A stretch of DNA of 64,000 nt, from the NCBI GenBank assembly GCA_951406725.2, contig CATOCA020000003.1, forward strand, positions 1 through 64,000, read 5' to 3'. This DNA is from Octopus vulgaris. Its lineage: Eukaryota. Each line of letters opens with the position of its first letter. The stretch's first letter is position 1. The notes under the pieces were generated by a model. That model searched no databases. It was not told the DNA's origin and saw only the letters and a program-made list of their open reading frames with translations. A program made the position numbers and the translations under genes. Below are positions 25,131 through 47,956 of the stretch, piece by piece.

Positions 25131-25656
25131 CTTTACACACCACATCACATATGATGTGCCATACTAATACACACACCAACTAATACATACTAATACGTAC
25201 CAATACATACTAGTACATACTAATACTTACACCAACCCTATACATACACACGTCCAGACCCCGCATACGCACTTATACTCTCTCACACACACACACACAC
25301 ACCTATACATACCAATACGTACTAATACATACTAATACATACTAATACATACACCAACCCCATACATACGCACGTCCAGACCAATCCTACGCACTAATAC
25401 TCTCTCATACACACACACACACACACACACACCCTTATACATACTAATACATACACCAACCCTATACATACACACATCCAGACCCCTCCCACGCACTTTT
25501 AGCTGGTCCCTCAACCCTATTATCTCCCCTTATTTCGCTCTCGTGTCTCATGTTTGATCTTTGACCTCTGGCCGAAATCAGATCGCCATGTTGATTCGTT
25601 AGCTACTGCACGCATTTTTTTCTCTCCTTCTTTCTGTGTTTTTCTCTCTCTGTGTA

Positions 25657-25694
25657 TCTTTCTGTTGAAGAGCGTAGGCTCGAAACGTTAAAGA
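25657..25694 (+). ncRNA. Minimal hammerhead ribozyme-like motif (A6U core)
   Basis: TCTTT-CTGTTGA-A-GAGC(gtag)GCTC-GAAA-CG-TT-AAAGA; 5-bp stem I; palindromic AACGTT. Confidence 0.7.
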
Positions 25695-25821
25695 CTTGTT
25701 TTATTTATATTTCCTGAGCGCCATACTAATACAATTGTTCGTTTGTTTTCCACCTGCCTTCGTCTTTTGTTTATTTTCATAAAGCTTCCCGTTATATATA
25801 TATATACATATAATGATATTG

Positions 25822-25852
<31 letters not shown>

Positions 25853-25927
25853 TATAATGATATTGATATATATATGTATATATAATGATATTGATATATA
25901 TATATATATATGTATATATAATGATAT

Positions 25928-25974
<47 letters not shown>

Positions 25975-26050
25975 ATGATATTGATGTATATATATATATA
26001 TATGTATATATAATGATATTGATATAAATATATATATATGTATATATAAT

Positions 26051-27913
<1,863 letters not shown>

Positions 27914-30651
27914 TGATTGATTGATTGATTGATTCCAGTTTCAGCTTATGAGCTGTGGCCATGCTGAGGCACCGCCATTTGGTGTTGCTACTTGGTTTCA
28001 CTTCATGGAGGCTTTCTAGCAACTGCTATTTGGTGCATGAGAGAGTTCGATGCAGCTGCCCTCATCTGCCCCTCCTGCCGTGAAGTTGGTTCATCTGGGA
28101 CACCTGACAGGAAGAGATCCAGCTTCATTTTAAAGACATCTGTATCCACCCCATGCAGGTCTCTCAGGTTCTTCGGGAGGATATTGAAGAGCTGTGGGCC
28201 TCGGAAGCCCAGGCTATCACAGAATCTTGTCCTACATCTTGATGGCAGGTTTGGAGTCCTAGGCACCACGCAGTGGCGCCCAGTTCTGGCATTTGCGTAA
28301 CTCTCGATGCCAAAGTTCAGGACACTTCCCTCCAGGATCTTCCAGATGTATATTATGGCATATCTTTCCCGCCTACGCTCCAGGGAATATAATTTTAATC
28401 TCTTGAGTCTTTCCCAGTAGCTTACATTCTGCATAGAGGCTATCTTCTTTGTGTAGCTTCGTTGGATCGCCTCAAGTTCTGTGATCAACTTGACACTGGA
28501 CGGTGACCATAGCTGAGAGCAATAGTCAAAGTGGCTTAGGACAAGTGTCTTCCAGAGGACCATCATGGTTTCTTGTTCTCTTGTTCTAAAGGTTCTAAGA
28601 ATCCATCCAGCCAGCCGTCTACATTTCATTGTCAGTTTAGCAACATGTACATGAAAGGTCGCGTCATCACTCATGTGAATACCCAGGTCACGCACTGATT
28701 GTGCCTCTGGGATTGCAATCCCTCCGGGTCCAGTGTATTCATTGGGTATTGCATTCAGTTTTGCATGCTGATAGTATAAAGCTTGAAACTTTCCAGCATT
28801 GAACTGCATGCTATTCTTTTCAGCCCACTTGTATATTTTGTCCAGCTCACATTGCAGGTGTTTAGTGTCCTCAGGGTTCTGTATTGCCTGTGAAACTTTT
28901 GTATCATCTGCATAACTTGTGATCGTGGCTCTCTGCGTGGCTGAGGGCATGTCTGAGAGGGCCATTATGAATAGTAGTGGTCCCAGAACAGTGCCCTGCG
29001 GAACACCGCTCACTATTTGTGTGTTAATGGAGGTGGCCCCATTGGCTACTACCACCTGACTTCTATCCTTCAGAAAGTCATGAAGCCATTCTCCCAGTTT
29101 TCCAACTATGTTGAGATCACGCAGTTTGTGACATATCATTCCATGATCGACTTTATCAAAGGCCTTTGCAAAGTCGAGATATATCACTTCCACATTTGAG
29201 TGGTTGAGCAGCCGTTTCAGCACCCAGTCATAGTGTTGTAGGAGCTGAGTTAAACAGCTTCTCCCTGGTCGGAAACCATGTTGGGTGTCGGGCAGCAAGT
29301 CATTCTCTTCAAGGAAGGTGATCAGCTTCCTTCTGACTATTCGTTCCATGACCTTGCTGATGTGTGAGGTCAGAGAGATAGGTCTATAGTTCTTGGCTTC
29401 CACTCTGCTACCTCCTTTATGAATGGGGCATATTTTACCTTCCTTCAGTTTTCCTGGAAGTTTGCCAGCTGCAAGGAAGCTCTGAAAGAGGAACTGCAGT
29501 GGTCTTGCTAGGACTCTCTTACATGCTTTTAGGAGGATTGCCGGGAATCCATCGGGGCCAGTAGCTGAGTCTGTTTTCATTTCATCTATAGCCTTGGTTA
29601 CATCGTCTTCCTTTATATCGATGTAATCTATCGTCGCCGCCTCTGATTTTATATCTGCAGTGGTAAAAAAGTCAGTTGGATTGGTGATTTGGAGATGCCC
29701 AAGGGGTGGAGTGAAAACACTCTTGAATTGCTCATTCAGTATTTCACTTACCCTCATTGGTTTTCCTGTAAGTGTGCCATCCTTTTCGAGGAGTGGCCCT
29801 ATTCTACAGTGCACTGTAGCTGTTTCTTTGGCATACCTGTAGAAAGCTCTGGGGTTAGATTTTATGTTTTCTATAGCCCAGGCTTCTTTGTCTGCTCTTT
29901 CTTTTTCATGGGAGAGTTGCAGACATTTTTCGATTTCCAACAGTTTTATTTTTAGGCGGGACTTTTCACTGCTTTCAATCTGTTTGTTTAGGCGATTTGA
30001 AAATTTCGTACGCCGTCTCATTAAAATTTTCCTCTCTCTGGGGATTTTGTTCTTGTGTACAGTGGCCTTTCTCTCTGGGACACATTTGTAGCATATGGCT
30101 TGCATTACAGACATGAATTGTTGAAGTTTCACGTCGATGTCTGGCGAGGAGAGACATTTAGGCCAGTTTTGTTTGAGGATCTCTTTCTCAATTTGTTTCC
30201 AGTTTGCCTTATGGTAGTTCAAGCTGGAAAGATTTTGAGGGTTTCTTGTAGGCTGCATGTCCGTGCTCTCTTTTGGCCCGTACATGGTCAGCTCTATCAT
30301 GTTGTGATCCGAGAGTAGTGTCGGTGTCACTTTCACATTATGGATGAGATCCATGTCATTTGTGAAGCAGAGATCCAGTGTGTTACCTGCCCTGGTTGGT
30401 TGGAGTATTACCTGCTCCATGTACAGGGTGTTGATGAGGTTCAGGAGGGACCTCGCCTGTCCTCGTTCACATCTTGTCATTCCTGGGAGAGAAAGGCCCT
30501 CGGGCCATCTGACATTGGGCAGATTGAAGTCTCCCATAAGAAGCACACTTATGTGTTGTTCTAATGTGGTTAGAATTTCTTCTATTTTTATAAGGCAGCC
30601 TTCAAACTTGCCCACATGGCTTGGGGCATCTGGAGGGCGATATGTAGCACA
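27914..30651 (-). mobile_element. CR1/L2-group LINE, 5'-truncated within the APE domain, (AATC)n tail
   Basis: Uninterrupted ORF2, short 3' UTR, TA tracts on both sides. Confidence 0.92.
28003..30651 (-). CDS. LINE ORF2 (partial apurinic endonuclease + RT)
   Basis: [74 protein letters not shown]. The predicted extension to 31314 is microsatellite. Confidence 0.92.
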   Translation of the reverse strand, partial: CATYRPPDAPSHVGKFEGCLIKIEEILTTLEQHISVLLMGDFNLPNVRWPEGLSLPGMTRCERGQARSLLNLINTLYMEQVILQPTRAGNTLDLCFTNDMDLIHNVKVTPTLLSDHNMIELTMYGPKESTDMQPTRNPQNLSSLNYHKANWKQIEKEILKQNWPKCLSSPDIDVKLQQFMSVMQAICYKCVPERKATVHKNKIPRERKILMRRRTKFSNRLNKQIESSEKSRLKIKLLEIEKCLQLSHEKERADKEAWAIENIKSNPRAFYRYAKETATVHCRIGPLLEKDGTLTGKPMRVSEILNEQFKSVFTPPLGHLQITNPTDFFTTADIKSEAATIDYIDIKEDDVTKAIDEMKTDSATGPDGFPAILLKACKRVLARPLQFLFQSFLAAGKLPGKLKEGKICPIHKGGSRVEAKNYRPISLTSHISKVMERIVRRKLITFLEENDLLPDTQHGFRPGRSCLTQLLQHYDWVLKRLLNHSNVEVIYLDFAKAFDKVDHGMICHKLRDLNIVGKLGEWLHDFLKDRSQVVVANGATSINTQIVSGVPQGTVLGPLLFIMALSDMPSATQRATITSYADDTKVSQAIQNPEDTKHLQCELDKIYKWAEKNSMQFNAGKFQALYYQHAKLNAIPNEYTGPGGIAIPEAQSVRDLGIHMSDDATFHVHVAKLTMKCRRLAGWILRTFRTREQETMMVLWKTLVLSHFDYCSQLWSPSSVKLITELEAIQRSYTKKIASMQNVSYWERLKRLKLYSLERRRERYAIIYIWKILEGSVLNFGIESYANARTGRHCVVPRTPNLPSRCRTRFCDSLGFRGPQLFNILPKNLRDLHGVDTDVFKMKLDLFLSGVPDEPTSRQEGQMRAAASNSLMHQIAVARKPP

Positions 30652-35506
<4,855 letters not shown>

Positions 35507-36387
35507 ATCATCATCATCATCATCATCATCGTTTAACGTCCGCTTTCCATGCTAGCATGGGTTGGACGGTTCAACTGGGGTCTGGCAAGCCCGAAGGCTG
35601 CACCAGGCCAGTCAGATCTGGCAGTGTTTCTACAGCTGGATGCCCTTCCTAACGCCAACCACTCCGAGAGTGTAGTGGGTGATTTTATGTGCCACCGACA
35701 CAGGTGCCAGACGAGGCTGGCTGACGGCCACGCTCGGATGGTGTTTTCTTATGTGTCACCGACACAGGTGCCAGACGGGGCTGGCGGACGGCCACGCTCG
35801 GATGGTGTTTGTTACGTGCCCTCAGCACGGAGGCCAGTCGTTGCGGTACTGGCTACGATCACGTTTGGATGGTTTTCTTATGTGCCACCGGCACTGGTAC
35901 CACAAGGATACAAATTCCATTGATGTTCATCTATTTTGATTTGGTTCGATTTGATTTGATTTGATTCGATTCGATTCTCACTTGCCTCAACAGGTCTTCA
36001 CAAGTGTCACAAGAAGGAAGGTATGCACAGGTGGACTGACTACATCCCAGGTAGGGGCCACGGATTATGGCTTCACTAGTCTTGCCGGGTCTTCTCACGC
36101 ACAGCATACTTCCATAGGTCTCGGTCTCTAGTCATTTCCATGGTGATACCTAACGTCCGAAGGTCGTGCTTCACCACTTCGTCCCAGGTTTTCCTGGGTC
36201 TACCTCTTCCACGGGTTCCCTCAACTGCTAGGGATTGGCACTTTCTCACACACCTATCTTCATCCATTCTCGCCACATGACCATACCAGCGCAATCGTCT
36301 CTCTTGCACACAACAACTGATGCTTCTTAGGTACAACATTTCTCTCAAGGTACTAACGCTCTGTCGAGTAAGTACACTGACATTACA
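35507..36387 (-). mobile_element. RTE LINE 3' fragment (second subfamily)
   Basis: [18 protein letters not shown]...RLRWYGHV...GRGRPRKTW...REKTRQD followed by a stop, UTR and (GAT)n. Confidence 0.9.
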
Positions 36388-38634
<2,247 letters not shown>

Positions 38635-38637
<3 letters not shown>

Positions 38638-38768
38638 TCTGTCGAAGAGCTTAGGCTCGAAACGTAAAAGACTTGTTTTTTTTCTATTCCTCAGCGCCAT
38701 ACTAATACAACTGTTTGTTTGTACTGCACCTGCCTTCGTCTTTTGTTTATTTTCGTAAACCTTCCCAT
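38635..38768 (+). mobile_element. Solo PLE-2-family 3' terminus starting at the hammerhead
   Basis: Aligns with 25659-25792. TTT-CTGTCGA-A-GAGC(ttag)GCTC-GAAA-CG-TA-AAA at 38636-38669. Confidence 0.85.
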
Positions 38769-39315
38769 TATATATATGTATATATATGTGTGTGTGTGCA
38801 ATAGAAACTGGGAAATCAACCCTTATGAGTCCATAGGGTTGAAGAAGGATGGTTTGTCCTTTTTTAACAACCAGATAGAGACTACTACATTAGGTTGTGG
38901 TAATAGAAAGGCTTTGTCAAACTAACTTACTCTAGTCACACATATATATAGATATGGTCTTCTAGAGATGTTGTCTCCAAAGATCTTCCTCCCACCCATG
39001 ACCACCACTTAACAAAAATCAATGTGACATTATGACATGCAACACTATATGGTATAGTACAACAGCAACAACAGCAGCAGCTATAACAAGACATTTATAT
39101 CACAGAAGATATCACTGTAATAACATCATCATCATCATCATCAATAGCAGCAGCACCATAAACTGAACACATCAAGACATAGATATGGTGACATGAAGCT
39201 TCACCACTACATAAACATCCAGCTGTTACAACACATTGACTGCACACAATAAACTGACCACCTGTCACTTTCAGCCTCACTCTTTCACTCTCTCTAACTC
39301 TTTCTTGTTCTCCCC

Positions 39316-39348
<33 letters not shown>

Positions 39349-39682
39349 CTAAACTCATGGCAGTTGAAAGGATTCATGATGACACCCATTAGAATATATA
39401 CAGCATTAGAAAACACACACACACACACACAAACACACACAGCCGCACAAACATAGTCACACATCCACAGATGCATGCGAGTGTGTATGAGTGCATGTTT
39501 GGCTATTATAATACAACAACAACAATAACGGCAGCAACAAAAACAATGAAAAACAAAAAGCACACAAATGAAACACAATTTAAAAGACTGTAAAGGCAGC
39601 AGCTAGAATTGGAATGGCAGTGTTGATAGTCTGTGTTTTCAAGCAGAGAAGAAAGATATACTGGCAAATGGATGGATGGATG

Positions 39683-39742
<60 letters not shown>

Positions 39743-39876
39743 AGGATGATATGGGATGAAATAGAAGCAAAATTACAAAATGCAAAAATGATAAAAAATT
39801 TTAAAACTAATAACTGAGAATAATTTATCAATATATATATGCACATATGTATGAATGTGTGTGAATATGTGTATAT

Positions 39877-39918
<42 letters not shown>

Positions 39919-40297
39919 TATAGATAAATATGTATATATATATATGTGTGTGTGTGTGTGTGCATGTGTGTGTATAAACATATATCTTTATATATATATA
40001 CATACACACACACATATACACACACATTTGTGTTGTATCTATTGTGTATAGATTACATATGAATATATATGTATATATACATGCATAATAGGATAAAAAG
40101 TATATATGCTATCTACTTATGATAAAATATAAGCTCAAACATATATATTCACATAGATATATACACACACACATATATATTTATGCATAAATATATTTAT
40201 ATATATATTGTTGCATATAAAACCTGAAATACAATAAACATAAATAAATGTAGATAAAACAAAATAAACTGAAATAGTAATAAGCCAAAATGTCCAC

Positions 40298-40333
<36 letters not shown>

Positions 40334-40528
40334 TTATTCCTTTTCTCACTTATGCAACAACAATAAAAACAACAACAAAAACAAAGCTGAAGAAGAATTC
40401 ATTCACACTTATATATATTATAGCATACATATATATTTACATGCATATATGTATTTATAATAATAATAATAAATAATAATAATAATAATGATAATAATAA
40501 TAATAATAATAATGATAATAATAATGAT

Positions 40529-40569
<41 letters not shown>

Positions 40570-41424
40570 CATATATACATGTGTATACATATATATATGC
40601 CATTATATTGCGCAGCCAGAGCAGCAGCATACAGCAAAAGCAAAGAACAAAAATTGATGAAGGTAAATGGTGAAGAGGTGAATTCTGCTAATCATGAGTC
40701 AACCAAAAGTTTCACGAGAGTTGCCAAATAACAAGAATTTATTCAATACAAAGCTAAAAATAATTATAAATGATACATATAAACTTAAAAAGTTAATCTG
40801 TAATTAGAAATTTTAAGATCTTTATAATGAATAAGAAAAAAAAGAAAAAACATATATTTTATAAATTGCCTTCTTTGATCTTTGATTTAATATCCAGACT
40901 TCTAATATAGATATAATTATCTCCCTTACAATAACTGGCCACCAGGTTGCACCACATGTTTAAGATATTTAAACCATTTTTCTAAAAAACATAATATAAA
41001 TATAATGTAACTTTTGTTTAAAAATAAGACAAAAAGAAAAACACATTTCATGAATGTCTTGCAAATTGTAATTATTTTCCATCTATAAGAAATATCTTGC
41101 TTTGTAAAATGTTTAATGTAGTTTAACTTATTTAACTTGAGCTATATCACACTGATGATTTGAAATAAGAATGAAATGGTGCTATACATAATTATCTATA
41201 ATTAGAAATTTCAAGATCTTTGTAATGAGTTAGAAAATGGCTAAATATGCATATTTGATACATCTTCATTGGTTTTTGATTAAAAATTAAAATTTCTTAT
41301 GCTAAAATTTTGTACAGTGAAATTTTGTTAAAATAAAACTTTAACTAAAGAAAATTTTTTTCCAAAACATGATTTATGGTGAAACAAGACTTTTGCAAAA
41401 TAATAAAAGTTTTAAAATATTTCT

Positions 41425-42556
41425 TTTATTCTTTCATTTATTTCAGTCATTTGACTGTGGTCATGCTGGAGCACCGCCTTTAGTCGAGTAAATCAATCCC
41501 AGGACTTATTCTTTGTAAGCCTAGTACTTATTCTATCGGACTCTCTTGCTGAACCGCTTAGTGATGGGGATGCAAACACACCAGCATCGGTTGTTAAGCA
41601 ATGTTGGGGGACAAACACAGACACACATGCAGACACACATACACACACACACATATATAAATAAATAAAAGGCAGATTGTATGACGCATGTGTACAAACA
41701 GCCATGCTACATGGCAGTGAAACATGGGCCGTGACTGCTGAGGATATGCGTAAGCTCGCAAGAAATGAAGCCAGTATGCTCCGATGGATGTGTAATGTCA
41801 GTGTTCATACTTGACAGAGTGTAAGTACCTTGAGAGAAAAGTTGGACCTAAGAAGCATCAGTTGTGGTGTGCAAGAGAGACGTTTGCGCTGGTATGGTCA
41901 TGTGACGAGAATGGATGAAGATAGTTGTGTGAAAAAGTGCCACTTCCTAGCGGTTGAGGGAACCTGTGGAAGAGGTAGACCCAGGAAAACCTGGGACGAG
42001 GTGGTGAAGCACGACCTTCGAACTTTAGGTCTCACCGAGGAAATGACTAGAGACCGAGACCTATGGAAGTATGCTGGGCGTGAGAAGACCCGGCAGGACA
42101 AATGAGACCATAACCCATGGCCTCTACCTGGGATGTAGCCAGTCCACTTATGCATGCCTTTCCTTCTTGGGACACAAAACTCCACTTGTGAAGACCTGTT
42201 GAGGCAAGTGGAAATCAGAACCAAAATCGAAATCGATCAACATTAATGGAAATTGTAGCTGTGATACCAGTGCCGGTGGCATGTAAGAGAACCATCCGAA
42301 CATGGCCGTTGCCAGCGCCGCCCTGACTGGCCTCCATGCCGATGGCACGTAAAAAGCACCATCTGATCATGGCCGTTTGCCAGCTCTGTCTGGCACCTGT
42401 GCCGGTGGCATGTAAAAAGCACCCACTACACTCACGGAGTAGAAACACTGCCAGATCAGACTGGGCCTGGTGCAGCCTTCTGGCTTCCCAGACCTCAGTT
42501 GAACCGTCCAACCCATGCTAGCATGGAAAGCAGACATTAAACGATGATGATGATGA

Positions 42557-42607
<51 letters not shown>

Positions 42608-42786
42608 CACATGTATATGCATGACGGGCTTCTTTCAGTTTGCGTTTACCAAATCCACTCACAAGGCTTTGGTCGGCCCAAGGCTATATTAGAAGACACT
42701 TGCCCAAGGTGCCATGCAGTGGGACTGAACCCAGAACCATGTGGTTGGTAAGCAAGCTACTTTGCCACACATCCACTCCTGCACCT
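41425..42786 (-). mobile_element. SINE family A split by an RTE insertion
   Basis: Tail half at 41425-41660 and head half at 42620-42786. Confidence 0.8.
41666..42560 (+). mobile_element. RTE LINE 3' fragment
   Basis: [20 protein letters not shown]...RLRWYGHV...; (GAT)n tail. Confidence 0.9.
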
Positions 42787-43319
42787 AGTATCTTAACTTT
42801 TCTTTCTTTTGTAAAATAAGAATTTTGTTTAGACAAAATGATTTCTGTTAAAATACAACTTTTGCCAAAATACAAATTTCACTGAAACATAATCTCAACT
42901 TCTAGCAAATTTAATAATATTTTTTTCTAAAAAAACTCATAGCATTTTAAAAACTATTTCAGTTATTACCTTTCCTCTCAATATAACCCTAATTTTTTTC
43001 TTTTTATCCTACTATGATGACAACGTTGACAATGGTGATGATGACAACAATGACCACCATGACCACCACCAAATTCTCCACCATCATTATTTCCACAACT
43101 AGCACAATCAACACTGGAGCTGCTATGTTGTCATATGAACTGCAGCCAAACCTTCCTCAAATAACATCCTCACCATCCTAGAAAAAACATTGGATAATGT
43201 TGCCCTGTGGTTTCTTGCACATTGGGAAAAAATAACACTGTCACAGGTGGAAAGCTTTTAACCATAGATGTGCTCAGTCACATTCAACCTAGGGCTAGAC
43301 ATCAACTCTCCTCAAATCT

Positions 43320-43690
43320 CAAGAGTCTTTCTGAAGATTCTTGCAGAATATAGGATGGTACTTTCTGCAAGTCAACAATGCAAGTTTCATTTCTAATTCC
43401 TTTCAGGCAGCATTTTGGATGTTGTGCCAAGAGCACCTTTTACTACAGAAATAATTGTTGTCTTGGTCTTCCGCAGTCTCCTCAGCATTCTGGCTAGATT
43501 TTGGGATTTCTCAATGATTTCAGTTTCCTTGGTACTGACTCTGCTATCATAGAAAATTGAAAAGTCTTGCACCATTTGCTTTTTTTGTCCTCTATAATCA
43601 TGTCTGGTCTTCTTGCCTCAATAGTATGGTCAGCCTTTAAAGGAAAGTCCTACAAGATGTTGTAATTCTCATTCTCTATCACAGCCTGTT
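43320..43690 (-). mobile_element. Dong/R4 LINE remnant
   Basis: ENENYNIL*DFPLKADHTIEARRPDMII...DSRVSTKETEIIEK...VVKGALG. Confidence 0.8.
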
Positions 43691-45731
43691 TACTATTTTT
43701 TTAAAAGTCACATACTTGACTAACATCCTAATGCACCTTTTTGCCTACACTCATATCTACACTTGTATCCCTTTTGTGCTAGTCTCTTGCACTTACTCAA
43801 AACGTGATCAGTACTCTCATCCTTTTCTGCAGATTTTATATTTGTTGTCTGACTGGGCTTTGATGATCTTTACCCTGATCAAAGCTTTCATCCAGTTGTG
43901 CACTAGAATCAATGTAATCGACTAGCATGACTCTCCTAAAAAATTTCAAGCCTTCTACCTATACTAAAGAGGATTGTTGTTGCTGTTATCATTATAGTAG
44001 TGGCCAGTAGAATTTGTAGAATGCTGGACAAAGTAACTTGTACTGTTTAGCTACTTAGTTAATATCCCTTTATATTTTTCCTTTAAAACATTGCAAAGTT
44101 TGACTTTGCTTTTCTTCCTGTTGCTGGGCCTAGTTCAATGAGCAAAGACATTCCAACTGTAACCATACACTTTAAAGCTTGCCAATGCAAGATAATGTCA
44201 TGCATGAAGAATAGAAACTGGACAAACTAACACCATGACTCAAAGCTAATAAGAATCAACACACCTATATATACACACATACAAAGAGCCACACATACAT
44301 GGTTACAAGTGGGTGCCACATTCACATCATGATGAGCCCACTACAGTGCATTGTCATAGAAATGCACCCCCCTCCAACAGCCTCTCCTTAGCTTAACTTC
44401 ATCTGGACCTTCCTAGTATGAGTAAGTATATACACAACCACACACACAATTACACTTACAGATGCACTCACACATATAAATATGAGTACACATGTACCAA
44501 GATAAAGACCAATGTGTGTATGTTTATGTGTGTATGTGTGTGTGTATCACATCACATACTCAGACTGTGTACAAACATGCAAAACACAAAATACAGAATA
44601 AGTCATACATCTGTGTGTGTATGTATGTGCATGTAAGTCTCTCTCTCCCCCTCTCTCTCACTATATATATATATATGTGTGTGTGTGTAAACATACATTA
44701 ATACATATATATATAAATATATATATACATATGTATATATGCATGTTGTGCATATATATATATATATGCATTTATATACATTGTATATATGTATGTGTGT
44801 ATGATGTATGTATGTAAATACACACACACACATGCACAAATGCACATAAACATACACATGGACAGAAGCACATACATTCACCACCAAGATACCATCACTA
44901 TCACATATACACATACCCATATAAATGCACACACATCATGTGAAAAGCCAGAGGTTACATTACTGTAGAATAAGATTCCTTTCGGAAAACTTGTGGTTTT
45001 TAGCCAGAGGAATGGATTCTGGTTCACTTATTGATTGAAAGCAACAACTACAACTATAACAAAAACAACCATAACTGCTACAACAATGACAATCATCTAC
45101 CACCACCACCACCACCACCACCACCACCACCATCACCATTACTTCTATCAACTATAAACAATTACTTAATAACCATCACCACCACCACCACCAACACCAC
45201 CACCGCCACAGCCACCATCATCACCACCACCATGACAACTACTGCTAGTACAACCATTGAAGCTATTACAACATTCATTCACAATCAACACCACTACTAC
45301 TACTACCATCATCACAACAACCTCAGTACCACTGCTATCAACCACCAACATCACCACCACCACCACAAGAACCACCATCAACTCCATGTGATCTACATCA
45401 ACGATACCTGTCAACACAATAAAATCGCCACCACCACCACTACCACATCTATTACCACAGCGTTAGTACCAACACCATCAGAATGACTTCAATGGTATCT
45501 CGTCAAGTACCATCACCCCCCACCCCTGACTACTACAATATGATCCCATATGCCACCATCAACCACTTTTTACAACCGCCATCACCACATCTTCACTTTC
45601 CCACCTTCCGTACTCCCACCCCACACAGTTTCATTACCAGCACCATTACAAACTGAACACCATCCCATCTGCTACCACTAGAACTGCCAGCACCATGACC
45701 ACCACTACAATAGCAACACTAATACAACTAC

Positions 45732-45778
<47 letters not shown>

Positions 45779-46684
45779 CAAATACAAATATCATCTCATC
45801 ATTTACTACAATGATATCACCAACACCACCACCACCAACACCGCCACCACCGCCACCACCACCACCACAAACAAACAAACACAATGCCATTCAGTCTATT
45901 ACAACTACCACTGCAACTACCAACAACGAACTATCTTCATGACTACAACAATACCATTCCATCAACCATCAGCAGCAGCAGCAGCACCACCACCACCACC
46001 ACCACCACTGTCACCACTGCCACACCACTACCATTACCACCATCACTACCACATGCAACAACCCATCCTACCTCACCATCAACAGCCAACAACTCCACCA
46101 TCCCCATTCCACCATCTTTCCCACATATGTAAACTCACACCACCCACGACACCCACACCAAAAAAAAATCAATACATTAGCCTACTAATGTAGCAACCAG
46201 CGGTAGGTTAATCTACCATTAATAACATTACAGTAGCAGCTCTCAGACCGTCTCAGATGCCAGTTCTATACAAGCTAAATGCATCGCATCAGAGTTCTGT
46301 CGCTCGTTGCTGCACCAAATGCATCCTGACAGCTGTTTTCAGTTTTCCTTACATTGTGTTTGTGTGTTTGTGATTGTTTGTTTTCACTGTGTGATAATAA
46401 TAGACTTTGCACAGATTTACTTCATATTCGGTTTGTTTCCGCGTGTGTATGCACGCATGTGGATATGTGCTCGCTTGTGTTTATGTGTGTGTGTTTGTGA
46501 GTATGTTTGTGTGTGTCCCTATGGATGTGTGCATTTGTGTGTGTATAACAATATCTCTCTGCAGTATATACGTATGTATGTATACTACAGGTACACATAA
46601 ACACATGTATGTATGTGTGAGCATGCATGTTCCAGTGTTAATTATACACATATACCCACGTATATAAATGCATCCATATGTGTG

Positions 46685-46734
<50 letters not shown>

Positions 46735-47586
46735 GCAAATGAAAGACAGAAGGTGGAATATATGAGAATTCATGACAATTGTTTCGACACGTCTAGCATT
46801 GACTGATTCCTCTTTGGTGAGACACTCAACAATTAGTTCAGGAGCATCCAGTAGTGCAGATGTATCTTGTCCGGTGATAAATAAACACAACTCATTAAAA
46901 TGACTGTTCCACAATGTAACTTTCCATTTTGTAGAGATGAAATATCTTCATTTATATAGACGATCAAAAATAAAATCACAGATGGCAAAAAGAGAAACAA
47001 ACACGCAATCCAGTGAGAAAAGCATATATATATGCTACAGGCTTCTATCAGATTCCTTCTACCAAAACCACTCATAAAGCATTGGTCCACTTAAAGCTAA
47101 AGTAGAAGACATTTTACCAAAATGTCATGTACTGAGACTGAACCCAACACCACAAGGTTGGCAAACAAGCCGTTTAAACACAGCACTGCATAATACATAC
47201 ATACCTGCATCCATACACACACAAACATATATTTTATATATATATACACACACACCCATCACATATATAAAATATACATTTTATATATACATTTACATAT
47301 GAATTTAAATTTCAGAGTTGTCTACCTTGCCTTTAACAAGAATTATCATTAACAGCAATACTTTTCTTTCTTTTCATTACAGATGTAATGTTAATAAGTT
47401 AACTTAGCTCCTATTTTATTGTATATCATTTATGCTCAAGATATCTCTGGGAAATTTTTCCTAAGTCATTATTTTAAATTGCTTTATGAATAAATCCTTT
47501 TCACTAAATATTTAAATTACATCTCTGGTGAGTTAACTTGGGCTACCTTGATGACAATATAACCTTCATTTAACTAAGGTATCTTC

Positions 47587-47670
47587 AGCCTGATGAACAG
47601 CTAGTGGAGTACTCCTCATTCAGCAATTATTACTTCCGAGGTTCTGCTAGCTAGGAAACATCGGTAGCCT
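47587..47670 (+). ncRNA. Hammerhead-like motif with long stem II
   Basis: GC-CTGATGA-ac-AGCTAGTGGA...TCTGCTAGCT-ag-GAAA-CATCGG-TA-GC. Stem II is 10 bp with G-U pairs; stem I is weak. Confidence 0.45.
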
Positions 47671-47915
47671 GGATTTTACCTGTGCCATTCCCTCAATTTG
47701 GATTTTTATTCACATTCATAGCAACTCTACTTTCTAACTGTGAACTATAAAAACTTTCTATAAAAACTTATGAAATTTTGATATGGGAAAAATCTAGAAC
47801 CTTCTACACCAATAAACTACTATTGTTCCTGAAAGATGTTTTTTATACCTGTTATGGACTGCTTGAAGCTTACTAACTTCCTACACCTGGATCCTTGGAA
47901 CTTACAATTACATAT

Positions 47916-47956
<41 letters not shown>

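Larger units (their letters stand above)
22812..25792 (+). mobile_element. Penelope-like element 2 (Neptune-type), near full length
   Basis: RT plus GIY-YIG ORF; 3' UTR with ~120-bp tandem repeats (25140-25500) and a hammerhead; terminus CTTCCCGT+(TA)n. Flanked on both sides by the same (TA)n-ATGATATTGA minisatellite. Confidence 0.92.

Noticed and set aside
45031-46193. Thr/His/Pro-rich mucin-like ORFs (also 57630-58103)
   Set aside because: Degenerate (ACC)n/(ATC)n simple repeats without splice or homology support.
46642-46914. Next exon of the metallopeptidase
   Set aside because: No convincing splice sites; it looks more like a PLE terminus.
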